In this document: positions 15,006-38,304 of the stretch, piece by piece | Layout of the letters: every line of letters starts with the position of its first letter | Position numbering within the stretch: the stretch's first letter is position 1 | Assembly: GCF_009914755.1 (NCBI RefSeq) | Contig: NC_060945.1 | Length of the DNA stretch: 64,000 bases | Reading direction: 5' to 3' (one strand) | From: the human T2T-CHM13v2.0 reference genome, Homo sapiens | Translations under genes and position numbers: made by a program | The notes under the pieces: model-generated | Seen by the model: the letters and a program-made list of their open reading frames with translations, nothing else | What the model was told of the DNA's origin: nothing | Database searches by the model: none

Positions 15006-17187
15006 GTGAGGCTGACGGGCACGACGGTCACCAGCATGTGGCTGCTTTGCAGAGACACTGTCAGCCTGGTGGGCAGGACCAGGACTCACGGACCGATGCG
15101 GAGAACCCACTGGGTCTGAGTGGGTGCCAGAGCGATTTGCAGAGGGCAGGGCCCAGGTGGTAAACCTCCTGGCTGGGTTCCGGAGGTCAGATCCCAAGAC
15201 AGCACGTGAAAGGAGGGTGTGAACCTCACCCGCAGCACACCAGGGCGGGCTGGGAACGCTGCGGGGCTCAGTGGTGCTGTGAAAAGGGTCTGCTGGATTG
15301 GAGGGGTGGGAGGCAGGCGCTGGGGAGGCCTCAGCCGAGTCGGGCAGCAGGGCAGCTGCTGAGCAATGGCTGTGGGTCGCAGGGTCCAGTCCAGATTGTA
15401 GCCTCATAGGTGAGTTAATGGAGGCATGTAGAGTGGCCTCAGGAGGGGCCATTGCCCCAGTCCAGGGGTAGATTTTGGGTGGCCCCTGCCATGACCCCAG
15501 CCTCCAGAGGGGGTCCGTTGTGAAGGGCCGTGGTTGGCCAGCCCTGGCCACCCCACCAAGCCCTTGACCAGGGGGGTGGGCTCCAGTGGAGAGCCTCTCC
15601 CCTCCCTGTGCCTGCTGCTTCCAGGGTGACCTGACTCAATTCCTGGCAGGATTCTTTGCAGGGGCTGGCACTGGGGCCTTTTCATCCTCAGTTTCCCAGC
15701 AAGCCAGGGCCGGCAGAGCCCTCTGTCTGTGTCTTTCCTGCAGACCCGGGACATCTCCAGGTTCTGAGTGGCTGACATGCGCTTTCCACTGTGTTGAATT
15801 TGGGTTCTGTGGGCAGTGGTGACCCCCAGCTGCAGGCCGCAGGGACACACCTATTTGGCCAGATTGGGCCTGTGGAGAGTGGATTAAAAATGAGCACCCT
15901 CAGGAACCACGGGTGTCGGAAGGGCTGGGTGGAGGTCTTGGCCCCGTTGGCCGATTCAGAAGCAGAGTTTCTCTGACTGGTGATTTGTGGGTGGCACAGT
16001 GACCTTGTTTCCTTCTGTGCTTTGCGATGGTCTCAGAGTGACCTCGTTCTGCACAGATGTCTTCTGAGAGCGTTTTTGTCCGGCAGGAGAATAACATGAT
16101 GTAGCTGCAAGCGTCAGATCAGTTTGTGAAAACATCGTGGTCCGGCTGTGAGCGGCCGCTCAGCTCCCCATGTCAGGGCGGCTTTCCTTCCTTCCCGGTG
16201 CCATTGGGACTTGTCGGGCGGGCCCTGGAGCCCTCTCTCTGCTGGTTGATAAATTATTCAGGCAATTCTCAGAACTGAGTTTAATCTGCTGTTGTTGAAA
16301 GGTGCCTATTTTTAATGCACTCTCCATAGCCAAGCCAAGGCCCTGAAAGTGGTGCTTTCACACACAGCCGTCAGGCCTCAGCAGGGGCTCGGCATTCGCT
16401 GATGCTCCTGCTCAGTGGGGAGGGGCCCAGCCATGCAGCCAGGGTCAGTGCGCTCCTTTAACACGCCTTCTCAGAGTGTCCGTCTACACTGTGGAGGAGT
16501 TGCAGAGCTACCCTCGGGTGCTGCTGCTGGTGGGCGGCCCCGTCAGAGGGGCCCGGGGACCTCCCTGCAGGGGCTCACAGCTGTGGCCAGGAAGAAGTTG
16601 CCCACCCTCGCTCAGCCTTGCCTTTCTCATCTGTTAAGTAGGGGTACTGAGTGCTCGACTCAGACGAGGAAACGAGGCCCTGGCGTCCATATGGGCTCAG
16701 ACGCTGGGAGCTGCTTCACCCTATGAGGACAGGGCGGGCTGAAGTCCAGGAGACTTTTATGGGCTCAGACGCTGGGAGCTGCTTTACGGTATGAGGATGG
16801 GGGTGCTGAAAGCCAGGAGACCTTTGGCTGCTGGATGAGGGTGGAGTTCGCCAGGGAGCTCAGGATGTGTTTTGGAGTTGTCATGAAAGCTGGACCCCGA
16901 GGGATGGGGCACCGTTGGGGTCTTAGGCATGGAGGTGGAGTGTGAGGAGCCCTCCAGGTGAGGGCAGAGTCTATGTGGAGGCAATGGGGCCAGGCTGCGG
17001 ACGAGGAGAGAAGCAGGGGAGGCCAGGTGTGGCTGGCCTGGGGAGCCAGAGGGAGAAGGCTGAGGCTTACTTTGGGAGCAGTGGGAGCCATGGGAAGATG
17101 CGTTTGTGGAGTTGCTCGCCCTGGACACAGGGGGAAGGTGCTTCAAGGAGGAGTAACTGTAGTAGACATACCTGCTAGGGATGCCAT

Positions 17188-18185
<998 letters not shown>

Positions 18186-18508
18186 GCAGGTGGTGAGGAG
18201 TGGCCTGGGCTTAGCAGGAGGGCTAGGAGGAGCAGCCTCGCATGAAGCTGCACTATCGTCAGGGTGAAGATCCGTTGCCCTTGGATTGTGTTTTCCACCC
18301 AACAGACTCTCACGAACATGATGTATTTGGTCCCCATGGATCTTCATCTGCACCATCTAGGGCAAGAGGAGATGTGGTGGTGTCCTGGCCACAAGCGCAG
18401 GCAGGACCCAAGGCTCTGGCTGTGTCCGGGGCCTCAATTCTATGTGTCCTGGAGGAGGCAGGGGTTCAGGAGTCACTGTGTGTCTCACTTAGAAAATGCT
18501 TGTTGCAG

Positions 18509-18611
18509 ATCCAAGATATCGTCCGGAGGCGGCAGCTGCTGACTGTCTTCCGGGAAGGCAAGGATGGTCAGCAGGACGTGGATGTGGCCATCTTGCAGGC
18601 CTTGCTGAAAG
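18509..18611 (+). CDS. TRPM2: TRPM2 exon 9 (IQDIVRRRQLL...ILQALLK)
   Basis: ttgcAG / GTGAGG; 103 nt. Confidence 0.96.
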
Positions 18612-19359
18612 GTGAGGGTCAGGGAACATGGGGGCAATGGGGTGGAGGCCAGAACGTGAGCTCTGAGGACGCCAAGTTCTAGTCTTGAAGTGCCATGATT
18701 CTGGGAACCAGAATATTCCTCCTTGGTCAGAAACCCTGGCCAGAGGGCAGCTGGCGACGTGCAGGTGGGCGCCTGCCTGTCACCTGATGTTAGAGGTATG
18801 AGCTCCTTTATTTGTAACTGGAATCCGAGTGCAGCCTGTGTCATTTTTACCTTTGTAGTGGTCATAATTTCTCATAAAACTTCAGGGTGGAAAGAAAGAG
18901 TGCAGAAGTTGCCTCTCTCAACTTCCTGCTTGCTGGCTGCTTTAGCTCCTCTACCTCTGATGCAGGAAAGAGTGTAGAGGTAGAGCAGGGCCTCAGGAAT
19001 GGTGCGATGGACTTGAGCTGTAGTGGCTCTCTGTGTAACTTCTGTTGCTTAGCCTGGCCCATTCTCCAGGCCACAAACATCACTGTCCTCTTCTCATGCC
19101 ACAGGAGAGAAGGCTTATGCCTCTTTGTCTTACCCAGCTGGCACCTGACACTGGGAAGCCTTGGTCTTATATGTGCTCCTCCCGCCCGATGCTGGGCTTC
19201 TCACCCTCCAGGGTCGGAGGCCCCAGGCTGATTCTGAAGGGCTCAGCAGAGTGGGCCCAGGCTGGGATCAGCAGGGAACTTTTGTGATAAAGGCCAGACT
19301 TTCATCTTGTTTCTGTGTTGATTTGAGACTCCCCTTATCAAGGACTTGATGTTGTGCAT

Positions 19360-26165
<6,806 letters not shown>

Positions 26166-26696
26166 CCCAAATAACAACCCATGTTTTAAAAAGTTAAACC
26201 AGAAAGGGAACACAGAAACTACTTGAGCAAAATAACTTGTCCTGAGAACCAGTGAGGTGGTTGTTACTGTTGAACATTTACAGGCAGTTGAGGCAGGAAA
26301 GGAAATGTGATGGCTTCTGAGTCCTGAGTTTTGGATGTTAGTGTAAGATGCCTGCCCTCCAGAGACCTATGTCTTCTTAAAACAGTGAGGCCCTTTTCTT
26401 GCTTACTGCCCACCTGTCGCTTAGGGGCCAGGGCATGGCCAGGAGGAGGGCAGGGGAAACAGGAGTGAGTGGACGTGATGACCAAAGCCCCAAGATTCAC
26501 TGATTCTGACTCCGAAATGGAACATGCTTTTGCAAGGCTGTGTGTATGGGAGGAGGTCACTGGGTGCTGCGCCTGTCACTTTGAATTGTTGAGAGGCAAG
26601 GGCTCATGACACATCCCTGACTCTGACATCATTTCCCTGGAGGGAAATGGCTTTGAGCTCCAGATCGAGGCCCAATATGCACCTGTTCATCTGCAG

Positions 26697-26818
26697 CCTC
26701 ACGGAGCCAAGACCACTTTGGCCACGAGAACTGGGACCACCAGCTGAAACTGGCAGTGGCATGGAATCGCGTGGACATTGCCCGCAGTGAGATCTTCATG
26801 GATGAGTGGCAGTGGAAG
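26697..26818 (+). CDS. TRPM2: TRPM2 exon 10 (SRSQDHF...QLKLAVAWNRVDIARSEIF...WQWK)
   Basis: ctgcAG / GTAAGT; 122 nt; TRPM motif LAVAWNRVDIA. Confidence 0.97.
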
Positions 26819-27064
26819 GTAAGTCTTCCAGAGCACCCCGTGGAGGGGCCTACTGGGCCCACATGCATTGCACCACTGAAGCAAGGGCAGGCAAAGTTCG
26901 CATTGTCTGGATCCCAGCCCTTCCCTTGAGGGTGGGTGACCTGGGCAGCTTTCATCCTCCCCAGGTTGGGGACAACAGCAGCCCCCATCTCCAGGGTCTT
27001 TGAGATCAGGATGACATGGGGTGATGACCAAATGCAACCGTCACTGCACAATGCTTGCTCTCAG

Positions 27065-27418
27065 CCTTCAGATCTGCACCCCACGATGACAGCTGCACTC
27101 ATCTCCAACAAGCCTGAGTTTGTGAAGCTCTTCCTGGAGAACGGGGTGCAGCTGAAGGAGTTTGTCACCTGGGACACCTTGCTCTACCTGTACGAGAACC
27201 TGGACCCCTCCTGCCTGTTCCACAGCAAGCTGCAGAAGGTGCTGGTGGAGGAGCCCGAGCGCCCGGCTTGCGCGCCCGCGGCGCCCCGCCTGCAGATGCA
27301 CCACGTGGCCCAGGTGCTGCGGGAGCTGCTGGGGGACTTCACGCAGCCGCTTTATCCCCGGCCCCGGCACAACGACCGGCTGCGGCTCCTGCTGCCCGTT
27401 CCCCACGTCAAGCTCAAC
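27065..27418 (+). CDS. TRPM2: TRPM2 exon 11 (PSDLHPTM...VKLN)
   Basis: ctcAG / GTGCGT; 354 nt; CpG-rich 3' half. Confidence 0.96.
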
Positions 27419-27530
27419 GTGCGTGCTGGTAACGGGGCCCATCCTGGACTCGTCTTCGCGGGCTACTGCTATGTTCTTAGAGCTCTCTGTTTTTAAAATT
27501 AGCTTTTATTTTTATTAGAAAAGACACATG

Positions 27531-28529
<999 letters not shown>

Positions 28530-28709
28530 TACCCTTTCTAAAAGTTCCAAACAGTACAAAAGGTTCTGCAGGGAGCGTGATCCCCCTGCCCTGAGCCCCA
28601 CTGCTGCCCACTATGTATGCTGGTTTTTTCCGACAGTCAGGTCAGTAACATTCCACCGTATTTTTGTGAGATGCCCAGGGTGCACTGCAGCTGTGGGAGA
28701 GTGGATGCT

Positions 28710-28980
28710 GTAGTCTGCACCCTGTGATTCAATGGGAGCCCTGCTCTAGTCTCACCTTTATTTAATGGTGAGACTGCCCCAGTCTCCAACCTTATTCAAG
28801 GGAACCCTGCTCTAATCTCCACCCTTATCCAATGGGAACCCTGCTCTAATCTCCACCCTTATTCAATAGGAACCCTGCCCTAGTCTCCACCCTGATTCAG
28901 TGGGAACCCTGCCGTAATCTCCACCCTGATTCAATGAGAATCCTGCCCTAGTCTGTTTACCCTTTTTCAGTGGGAACCTT
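28710..28980. repeat. Diverged ~34-bp tandem repeat, about 7 copies
   Basis: Unit resembling ctccaccttattcaatgggaaccctgctctaat. Confidence 0.8.
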
Positions 28981-29666
28981 GCAGTGACTCAATGTCAGGA
29001 ATGATGCTGGATTTTGTATTTGTATTTCCTCTTGGGAGTATTTATCTCTGATTCATTAAGGTTTTACAAAGCAAAGCATCAGATGCCTTTGAGAAGATTG
29101 AGCTCCTTTTCTTCTTTGACCTATGAATTTGGTGAATTATTTTAATAGATTTTCTGATAGTGAAACATGTTTTTATCCCTGTTTTGAATTTCAGCTTGGC
29201 CTCAGTGCAAGTTTAATATACTGGATTCTCTTGGCAACATTTTCAGGATGTTTGCATCAGAATGCTTAAGGCTTTGATTGCAGTTTTATTTGGGGGGCTA
29301 TATTTGTCAGGCTCTGATATCAATTTTATGTTAGTTTTGTAAAAACCATTTGGGAAGCTTTCTTTCCTTCTCCGCTCCAGGACAGTTTATGTAGCTGGAG
29401 TTAACTACTTCTTATAAGCTTGGTCGACTCCCCTGTGAGTCCATCTGGACCCAGTGCCTTTTTTTTTTAATTGGTAATAGTTCTAGTAACTTTCTCAGTT
29501 TCTTTTCTGATTATTTTTCTGTTTAGGTTCTCTATCTCTTCTAAGATCACATTTTTTTTTTTTTCCTGCTAGAAAATTGTCTGTTTCCTCCAGGTTTTCC
29601 AATCGATCCATTGTTCCAGGTGAGCTCTGTCTGACTCTTGAGAAAGACATGGGTATGACTTGGTTT

Positions 29667-30412
<746 letters not shown>

Positions 30413-31207
30413 GGGTATGGCTTGGTTTTATACATTCACAATCTGCGCTTCTTAAGTCCAGTGCGTTTATTTAAGACACTCAGTTGGAATATGCTTAGGA
30501 AGGTCCAAAGCAGAAGCTCAGGCTTATCTGTACCTGTGGTTTAGGAAGAAAAACACATTTCTTTATAATGAAAAACCTTCAGGAAATTTCTAGGATCACT
30601 TGAGGTGTGTTTTGTACAGTATGTGATGTGGGAGATGGTTTTTTTTCTACTTCTGGGGAGCGTTTCCCAGCTACCTGAGTACGTGTTTCCTGGTCCGGGG
30701 AAAAGCCTAGCCATGCAGGGAGGTGGGTCTGGGCAAGGTGCCCTGTGCTTGCTCGTGAGTGAGCCATATTGCCCACCTGACAGATCTTTCCTAGTGGCCT
30801 CTCTGCCAGAGACACTGCAGGAGAGTCCCTCAGGGAGAAGACAGTCACTGACCTATTAACATACTCCACTGTGCTAGAATTTTGCTTCGTTGAAAGCAGC
30901 TTTGATGCCATCAGATAAGACTGGGGAACTTGAAGTGCCTGGCATGAAACAAGAGTCTACACATGTTGGTAAAGGAGTTAGACGGGCGTTTCACTTTCTA
31001 GATGTCTCCAGAACAGTGTTTTAAAAAACTTCAGTGTGCATAAGAATGATCTAGGGTGTTGCTGAAAATGCAGGTTGTAGTTCTCCAGGGACAGTGAGAT
31101 CCTGAGAAGGTCGGGGCTGGGGTCAGGGCCTGCACCTCTGACAGGCTCCGCCAGTGACTCTGAGCCAGGCGGCCCGGCTGGGGCTCTGACAGTTCACTGC
31201 TCACCAG

Positions 31208-31345
31208 GTGCAGGGAGTGAGCCTCCGGTCCCTCTACAAGCGTTCCTCAGGCCATGTGACCTTCACCATGGACCCCATCCGTGACCTTCTCATTTGGGCC
31301 ATTGTCCAGAACCGTCGGGAGCTGGCAGGAATCATCTGGGCTCAG
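31208..31345 (+). CDS. TRPM2: TRPM2 exon 12 (VQGVSLRSLY...LAGIIWAQ)
   Basis: accAG / GTAATA; 138 nt. Confidence 0.96.
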
Positions 31346-31450
31346 GTAATAAGACTGGCTTCTCAGTCTCAGCAGACACAGCTATAGGCCAGCGGCCAGC
31401 TGGGGAGTGTGGCTGGAGAGAGTGGCTGGAGAGCCTGAGGCCAAGTGCAC

Positions 31451-33052
31451 GTGGAGGCTGTGGAGGGGTGTGGAGGGGTGTGGAGGGCTGTGGAGGATGT
31501 GGAGGGGTGTGGAGGGCTGTGGAGGGATGTGGAGGCTGTGGAGGGGTGTGGAGGGGTGTGGAGGGCTGTGGAGGATGTGGAGGGGTGTGGAGGGCTGTGG
31601 AGGGGTGTGGAGACTGTGGAGGGGTGTGGAGGCTGTGGAGGGGTGTGGAAGCTGTGGAGGGGTGTGGAGGCTGTGGAGGGGTGTGGAGGGGTGTGGAGGG
31701 CTGTGGAGGATGTGGAGGGGTGTGGAGGGCTGTGGAGGGATGTGGAGGCTCTGGAGGGGTGTGGAGGGCTGTGGAGGATGTGGAGGGGTGTGGAGGGGTG
31801 TGGAGGGCTGTGGAGGGATGTGGAGGCTGTGGAGGGGTGTGGAGGGGTGTGGAGGGGTGTGGAGGCTGTGGAGGGATGTGGAGGGGTGTGGAGGGGTGTG
31901 GAGGGGTGTGGAGGATGTGGAGGGGTGTGGAGGGGTGTGGAGGGATGTGGAGGCTGTGGAGGGGTGTGGAGGGCTGTGGAGGGGTGTGGAGACTGTGGAG
32001 GGGTGTGGAGGCTGTGGAGGGGTGTGGAGGGGTGTGGAGGGCTGTGGAGGGATGTGGAGGGCTGTGGAGGCTGTGGAGGGGTGTGGAGGATGTGGAGGGG
32101 TGTGGAGGGCTGTGGAGGGCTGTGGAGGCTGTGGAGGGGTGTGGAGGATGTGGAGGGGTGTGGAGGGCTGTGGAGGGATGTGGAGGCTGTGGAGGGGTGT
32201 GGAGGGGTGTGGAGGGCTGTGGAGGGATGTGGAGGCTGTGGAGGGGTGTGGAGGGGTGTGGAGGGGTGTGGAGGCTGTGGAGGGATGTGGAGACTGTGGA
32301 AGGGTGTGGAGGCTGTGGAGGGGTGTGGAGGCTGTGGAGGGGTGTGGAGGCTGTGAAGGGGTGTGGAGGCTGTGGAGGGGTGTAGAGGGGTGTAGAGGGT
32401 TGTGGAGGCTGTGGAGGGGTGTGGAGGGCTGTGGAGGGGTGTGGAGGGGTGTGGAGGCTGTGGAGGGGTGTGGAGGGTTGTGGAGGGGTGTGGAGGGGTG
32501 TGGAGGCTGTGGAGGGGTGTGGAGGGATGTGGAGGGATGTGGAGGGCTGTGGAGGGGTGTGGAGGGGTGTGGAGGCTGTGGAGGGGTGTGGAGGGATGTG
32601 GAGGGGTGTGGAGGGGTGTGGAGGCTGTGGAGGGGTGTGGAGGCTGTGAAGGGGTGTGGAGGCTGTGGAGGGGTGTAGAGGGGTGTAGAGGGTTGTGGAG
32701 GCTGTGGAGGGGTGTGGAGGGCTGTGGAGGGGTGTGGAGGGGTGTGGAGGCTGTGGAGGGGTGTGGAGGGTTGTGGAGGGGTGTGGAGGGGTGTGGAGGC
32801 TGTGGAGGGGTGTGGAGGGATGTGGAGGGATGTGGAGGGCTGTGGAGGGGTGTGGAGGGGTGTGGAGGCTGTGGAGGGGTGTGGAGGGATGTGGAGGGGT
32901 GTGGAGGGGTGTGGAGGCTGTGGAGGGGTGTGGAGGGATGTGGAGGGGTGTGGAGGGCTGTGGAGGGGTGTGGAGGGCTGTGGAGGGGTGTGGAGGGGTG
33001 TGGAGGGGTGTGGGGGGTTGTGGAGGGCTGTGGAGGCTGTGGAGGGTTGTGG
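31451..33052. repeat. 1.6-kb G-rich VNTR (GTGGAGGGGT / GTGGAGGCT variants)
   Basis: 9-10-bp units read directly. Confidence 0.96.
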
Positions 33053-33116
33053 GCGTCTCCAACACTGGGAAGGACTTGGGGCACCTGGAGTTGGAGAACA
33101 AAGAACTTAGCTCTAG

Positions 33117-33423
<307 letters not shown>

Positions 33424-33832
33424 AGGAAAGGAATTTTTAAATTAAAAGTTCTGCTAAAAAAAACTGGTTCTGTGGTTATGTCCAGGGCCGAGTCTCACTG
33501 GGCACGCACAGGCCGGGTGGTGCCGCCCTCTGCAGCTCACACGGGTTCCGATGGGGGCTGGTGCATGTGCTGGGCCCGTGCTGTCCGTCAGGCTTTGCAG
33601 GGCAAGCAGACCCCTCCCACAGGCCACGCAGGAGCCTGGGCCATCATCAGAGGTTGTGTATTGACTGGGGTGGGGCTTAAGTTGTCTGTATAGATGTGGT
33701 CACACACAGTGATTGCCCAGTGGCCCGCACTGTCCCCGGGCCTCGTTTTCATCACCTGGGGCAGTGTGTTGGGTTCCTCAGGCTGGGTTGAGCCTGGCTC
33801 TTTAGTCTCACGGTGGCTCCTCTGGTCCCCAG

Positions 33833-33962
33833 AGCCAGGACTGCATCGCAGCGGCCTTGGCCTGCAGCAAGATCCTGAAGGAACTGTCCAAGGAGGAGGA
33901 GGACACGGACAGCTCGGAGGAGATGCTGGCGCTGGCGGAGGAGTATGAGCACAGAGCCATCG
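33833..33962 (+). CDS. TRPM2: TRPM2 exon 13 (SQDCIAAALACSKIL...EHRAI)
   Basis: ccccAG / GTGAGC; 130 nt. Confidence 0.96.
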
Positions 33963-34130
33963 GTGAGCTCTGCCGGGCACGGGCTGCAGGCCATGGCTCA
34001 GCCGTGCATGCCCTCACCTGGAGTTCCCATCCCTGGGTCTCAGCCCCATGTGCCCTCACCCTGGGGTCCTCGTCCCTGGGCCTCAGCCCTGCACGCTTAC
34101 CCTGGGGTCCTCATCCCGGAGTCTCGGCCC

Positions 34131-35192
<1,062 letters not shown>

Positions 35193-35381
35193 GCCCTACG
35201 TGCCCTCTCCCTGGGGTCCTCGTCCCTGGGCCTGGGTGTTTTGAGACACCAGCCCCACATTTGCCCTGTGCCCTTCCCTGTGTCCTGGTGGTGCTGTCCC
35301 GAGTGGTTGCCCTCTGACCCGTCCCCAGGGCTCAGTGATTGTGACCTGCTGCTCTGACGGGGCTCTCATATCTCCGCCCAG

Positions 35382-35527
35382 GGGTCTTCACCGAGTGCTA
35401 CCGGAAGGACGAAGAGAGAGCCCAGAAACTGCTCACCCGCGTGTCCGAGGCCTGGGGGAAGACCACCTGCCTGCAGCTCGCCCTGGAGGCCAAGGACATG
35501 AAGTTTGTGTCTCACGGGGGCATCCAG
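35382..35527 (+). CDS. TRPM2: TRPM2 exon 14 (VFTECYRKD...WGKTTCLQLA...HGGIQ)
   Basis: cccAG / GTGACC; 146 nt. Confidence 0.96.
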
Positions 35528-36344
35528 GTGACCTCCCAAGAGCCCCTTCCAGAAACAGACGCCTGTGGTGCCTGCAGGGCGGACACAGCCTCCTGTTCGT
35601 GCAGTTGGCACGCACACTCACACAGGCTTCAGGGCCCTCAGCAGCTCGGGGACAGCGCCTGACCCCTCGGCCACCTGCTCCAGGCTCTGGCCTCCCATTT
35701 TGCAGATGGGGGGAAGCTAACATGAAGCAAAAGCAGGAGCTGGTGGCCATGGAGATCGCAATTCACCTCCCCATGGATGTTCCTACCTGGGAGCGGCAGG
35801 CAGAAGCCCAGGTGGCTCTGGGAACGGCGTCTGCCCTCTCTCCCTGGAGGGATAAGCGGGACACGGCGTGTCCTCCCTGGAGCAGCAGGGGCTCCCAGGC
35901 ATGGCTGCCCTCAGCATCGCCCTGGAACCCCCGGCAGGGCCTGGCTCCCAGCGAGTGCCCCTTGCACGCTGGGCTTCCTTGGAGCGCCGAGCTATTGCCA
36001 AGTCCATGAGCTCCCGTCATGTCCTGGGCTGTGCCAGGCCTAGGGAGGCCTGGGGAAGGGTCCTGTCCCCCACTGCAGAGCTCAGAGGGGCCAGTGCTCT
36101 ACAGCCTGCAACTGCGGGGCCTTCGAAGCCAGCAGAGATGGGGTCCCATAGCTTGAGGTCAGGTGAAAGGCGGGATTGGACACCCAAAGCCCCAGGGCAA
36201 GCTCTGTGTCTTCACCACTTTCTGCTGTGAGACTGCAGGCTAGCTCTGTCCACTAGGCACCCCGAGTCCTCAGCAGACAGCTGACGGGCACCATCTGGGG
36301 CACAGGGCTGGGCACTGCCATCCTGAGACTGCCCCCATCCGCAG

Positions 36345-36457
36345 GCCTTCCTGACCAAGGTGTGGTGGGGCCAGCTCTCCGTGGACAATGGGCTGTGGCG
36401 TGTGACCCTGTGCATGCTGGCCTTCCCGCTGCTCCTCACCGGCCTCATCTCCTTCAG
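36345..36457 (+). CDS. TRPM2: TRPM2 exon 15 (AFLTKVWWGQL...GLISF; pre-S1)
   Basis: cgcAG / GTGCTG; 113 nt. Confidence 0.95.
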
Positions 36458-37766
36458 GTGCTGCAGGGCTGCGGGGCTGCGGGACTGTGGGGCTGCGGGG
36501 CTGCGGGAGAGGCTCCTGGGGGCTCAGGATCTTCCCTAGATCCCCTCGCTGGGAGCAAGTCATGTGTCCTCAGAATTGTCCCTGGATCCTGGGGCTGTAG
36601 AGATGGGGGTGGGAAGCAGAGCAGGGCCCCACGTGCTGGAAGCACCTGCCTTGCCCCAGCCCCAGCACTGATCTCATGATGCTGATGAGCCCGTCCCTCA
36701 GCCACATCAGCCTGGGGTTGGGGAGGCCAGGAAAGATGGTCTCCTGCTCCTGCCGGCACTGTAGACCTGAGCCAGTCTGCGGCGTGGGCAGTTAGTGCAG
36801 GTCTGGGATGCGAGCAGCGAGCTGCGGCTGAGTGCCTCCCTGTCCTCGCAGCCGCAGAGCCTGTATTGATGGAATCGCTTTCCCTTATGAAGGAGGAGGA
36901 CACGGCTGGCCATGGTTGAAGACCTGGCCTGGCCTGGTGTCCCCACCTGCACCTCCTCAGAGGCTTGCTGGGGCGTTGTGGGATCTGCTGTGTTTTACTG
37001 AGGGCTGGATGGAGGCTCAGGGTCTCCTGGGAGTCAGGGCAGATTCAAGACCCCAGCGAGGTGGCTGAGCCCCTTCTGCAACCCGCAGTCCACACTGCCT
37101 GCCTCCTTCCCTTTCTCCTCACGGCCAGGATGGGTACTTGAGTGTTCAGGAATCCTGGTGGGAAACTGAGGCAGGGAGGAGCGGCTCAGGTGTCCTAAAG
37201 CAGTGCTGGCTTCTCTCCTGCTCTCCCGAGGATGGCAGAGCCGTGTCACTGATGGCCGCCTCTGCTCCCGTTCCAGCGGCCCGGGGATAGGGACCTGGGA
37301 TCAGGGCACACCACAGGGGGAGTGTGGTCAGCCCCACCCCCATTGAGGACGGCAAGGAAAGCCTGTCCCCATTTACAGGAGGGTGACTAAGGCCTGAGCG
37401 TCCACTGAGCACTGGGAGCTCTGAAGCTGGGGCCCACCCAAGGCTGGGCTTGGGGCAGGCTGGGCCTCCCTGTTTGCAGCCATTAAGGTCATGGCCATGG
37501 GCAGGGCGTCAGCGGGCATCCCTGTGTCCTCACTTTGCTGGGCTGTGGGGTCCAGCCCCACCCCGGTGGCTGTGTGTGAGGCTCCCAGGCTGTGCTGTGC
37601 CGGCTCCGCCTGTAGCTGCCGTTATGGCCCCGGATCCCTGAGTGCTTTTGCCTCTAAAAGCACATCTCTCTGAGGGGCACGGGGGATCACGGGGTGGCCA
37701 AAGCCTGTGGAGGTCAGGACCCTGGCCCTGGTGGTCACTGTCTCCTCTCTGCTGTGACGGCCGCAG

Positions 37767-37983
37767 GGAGAAGAGGCTGCAGGATGTGGGCACCCCCGCG
37801 GCCCGCGCCCGTGCCTTCTTCACCGCACCCGTGGTGGTCTTCCACCTGAACATCCTCTCCTACTTCGCCTTCCTCTGCCTGTTCGCCTACGTGCTCATGG
37901 TGGACTTCCAGCCTGTGCCCTCCTGGTGCGAGTGTGCCATCTACCTCTGGCTCTTCTCCTTGGTGTGCGAGGAGATGCGGCAG
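37767..37983 (+). CDS. TRPM2: TRPM2 exon 16 (S1-S2; ...VCEEMRQ)
   Basis: cgcAG / GTACAG; 217 nt; two hydrophobic helices. Confidence 0.97.
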
Positions 37984-38304
37984 GTACAGCCCCACCCGCT
38001 TTTCCACGCCCCAGCCCGGGGCCACCCACTTGGCTGCATTCTCATAGGGGACCCATGGCTTAGAGCCCACCCCATCTAGCCTGCCCAGCTCCCTGCAAGC
38101 TGAGCAGAGCCGGTGTTTCCTCCCCAAAATGGGTGGCTGGGGCGCTGCCCTCCAAGCCCCTCCCTCCTCATGCCCCCTGCGCCTGCTTCCCTGCTTTCCC
38201 TCGGCCCAGGCATCCTTCCCTCCTGGAGACCGGCTGATCAGCTCAAGGTGGATGCCCTGACCTTGTGGACTATGAGTATGTCCCTTCCCCCAGGAAGAGC
38301 AGTG

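Noticed and set aside
26819-27064. In-frame retention of the 246-nt intron 10
   Set aside because: Length is divisible by 3, but an in-frame TGA occurs after 36 codons
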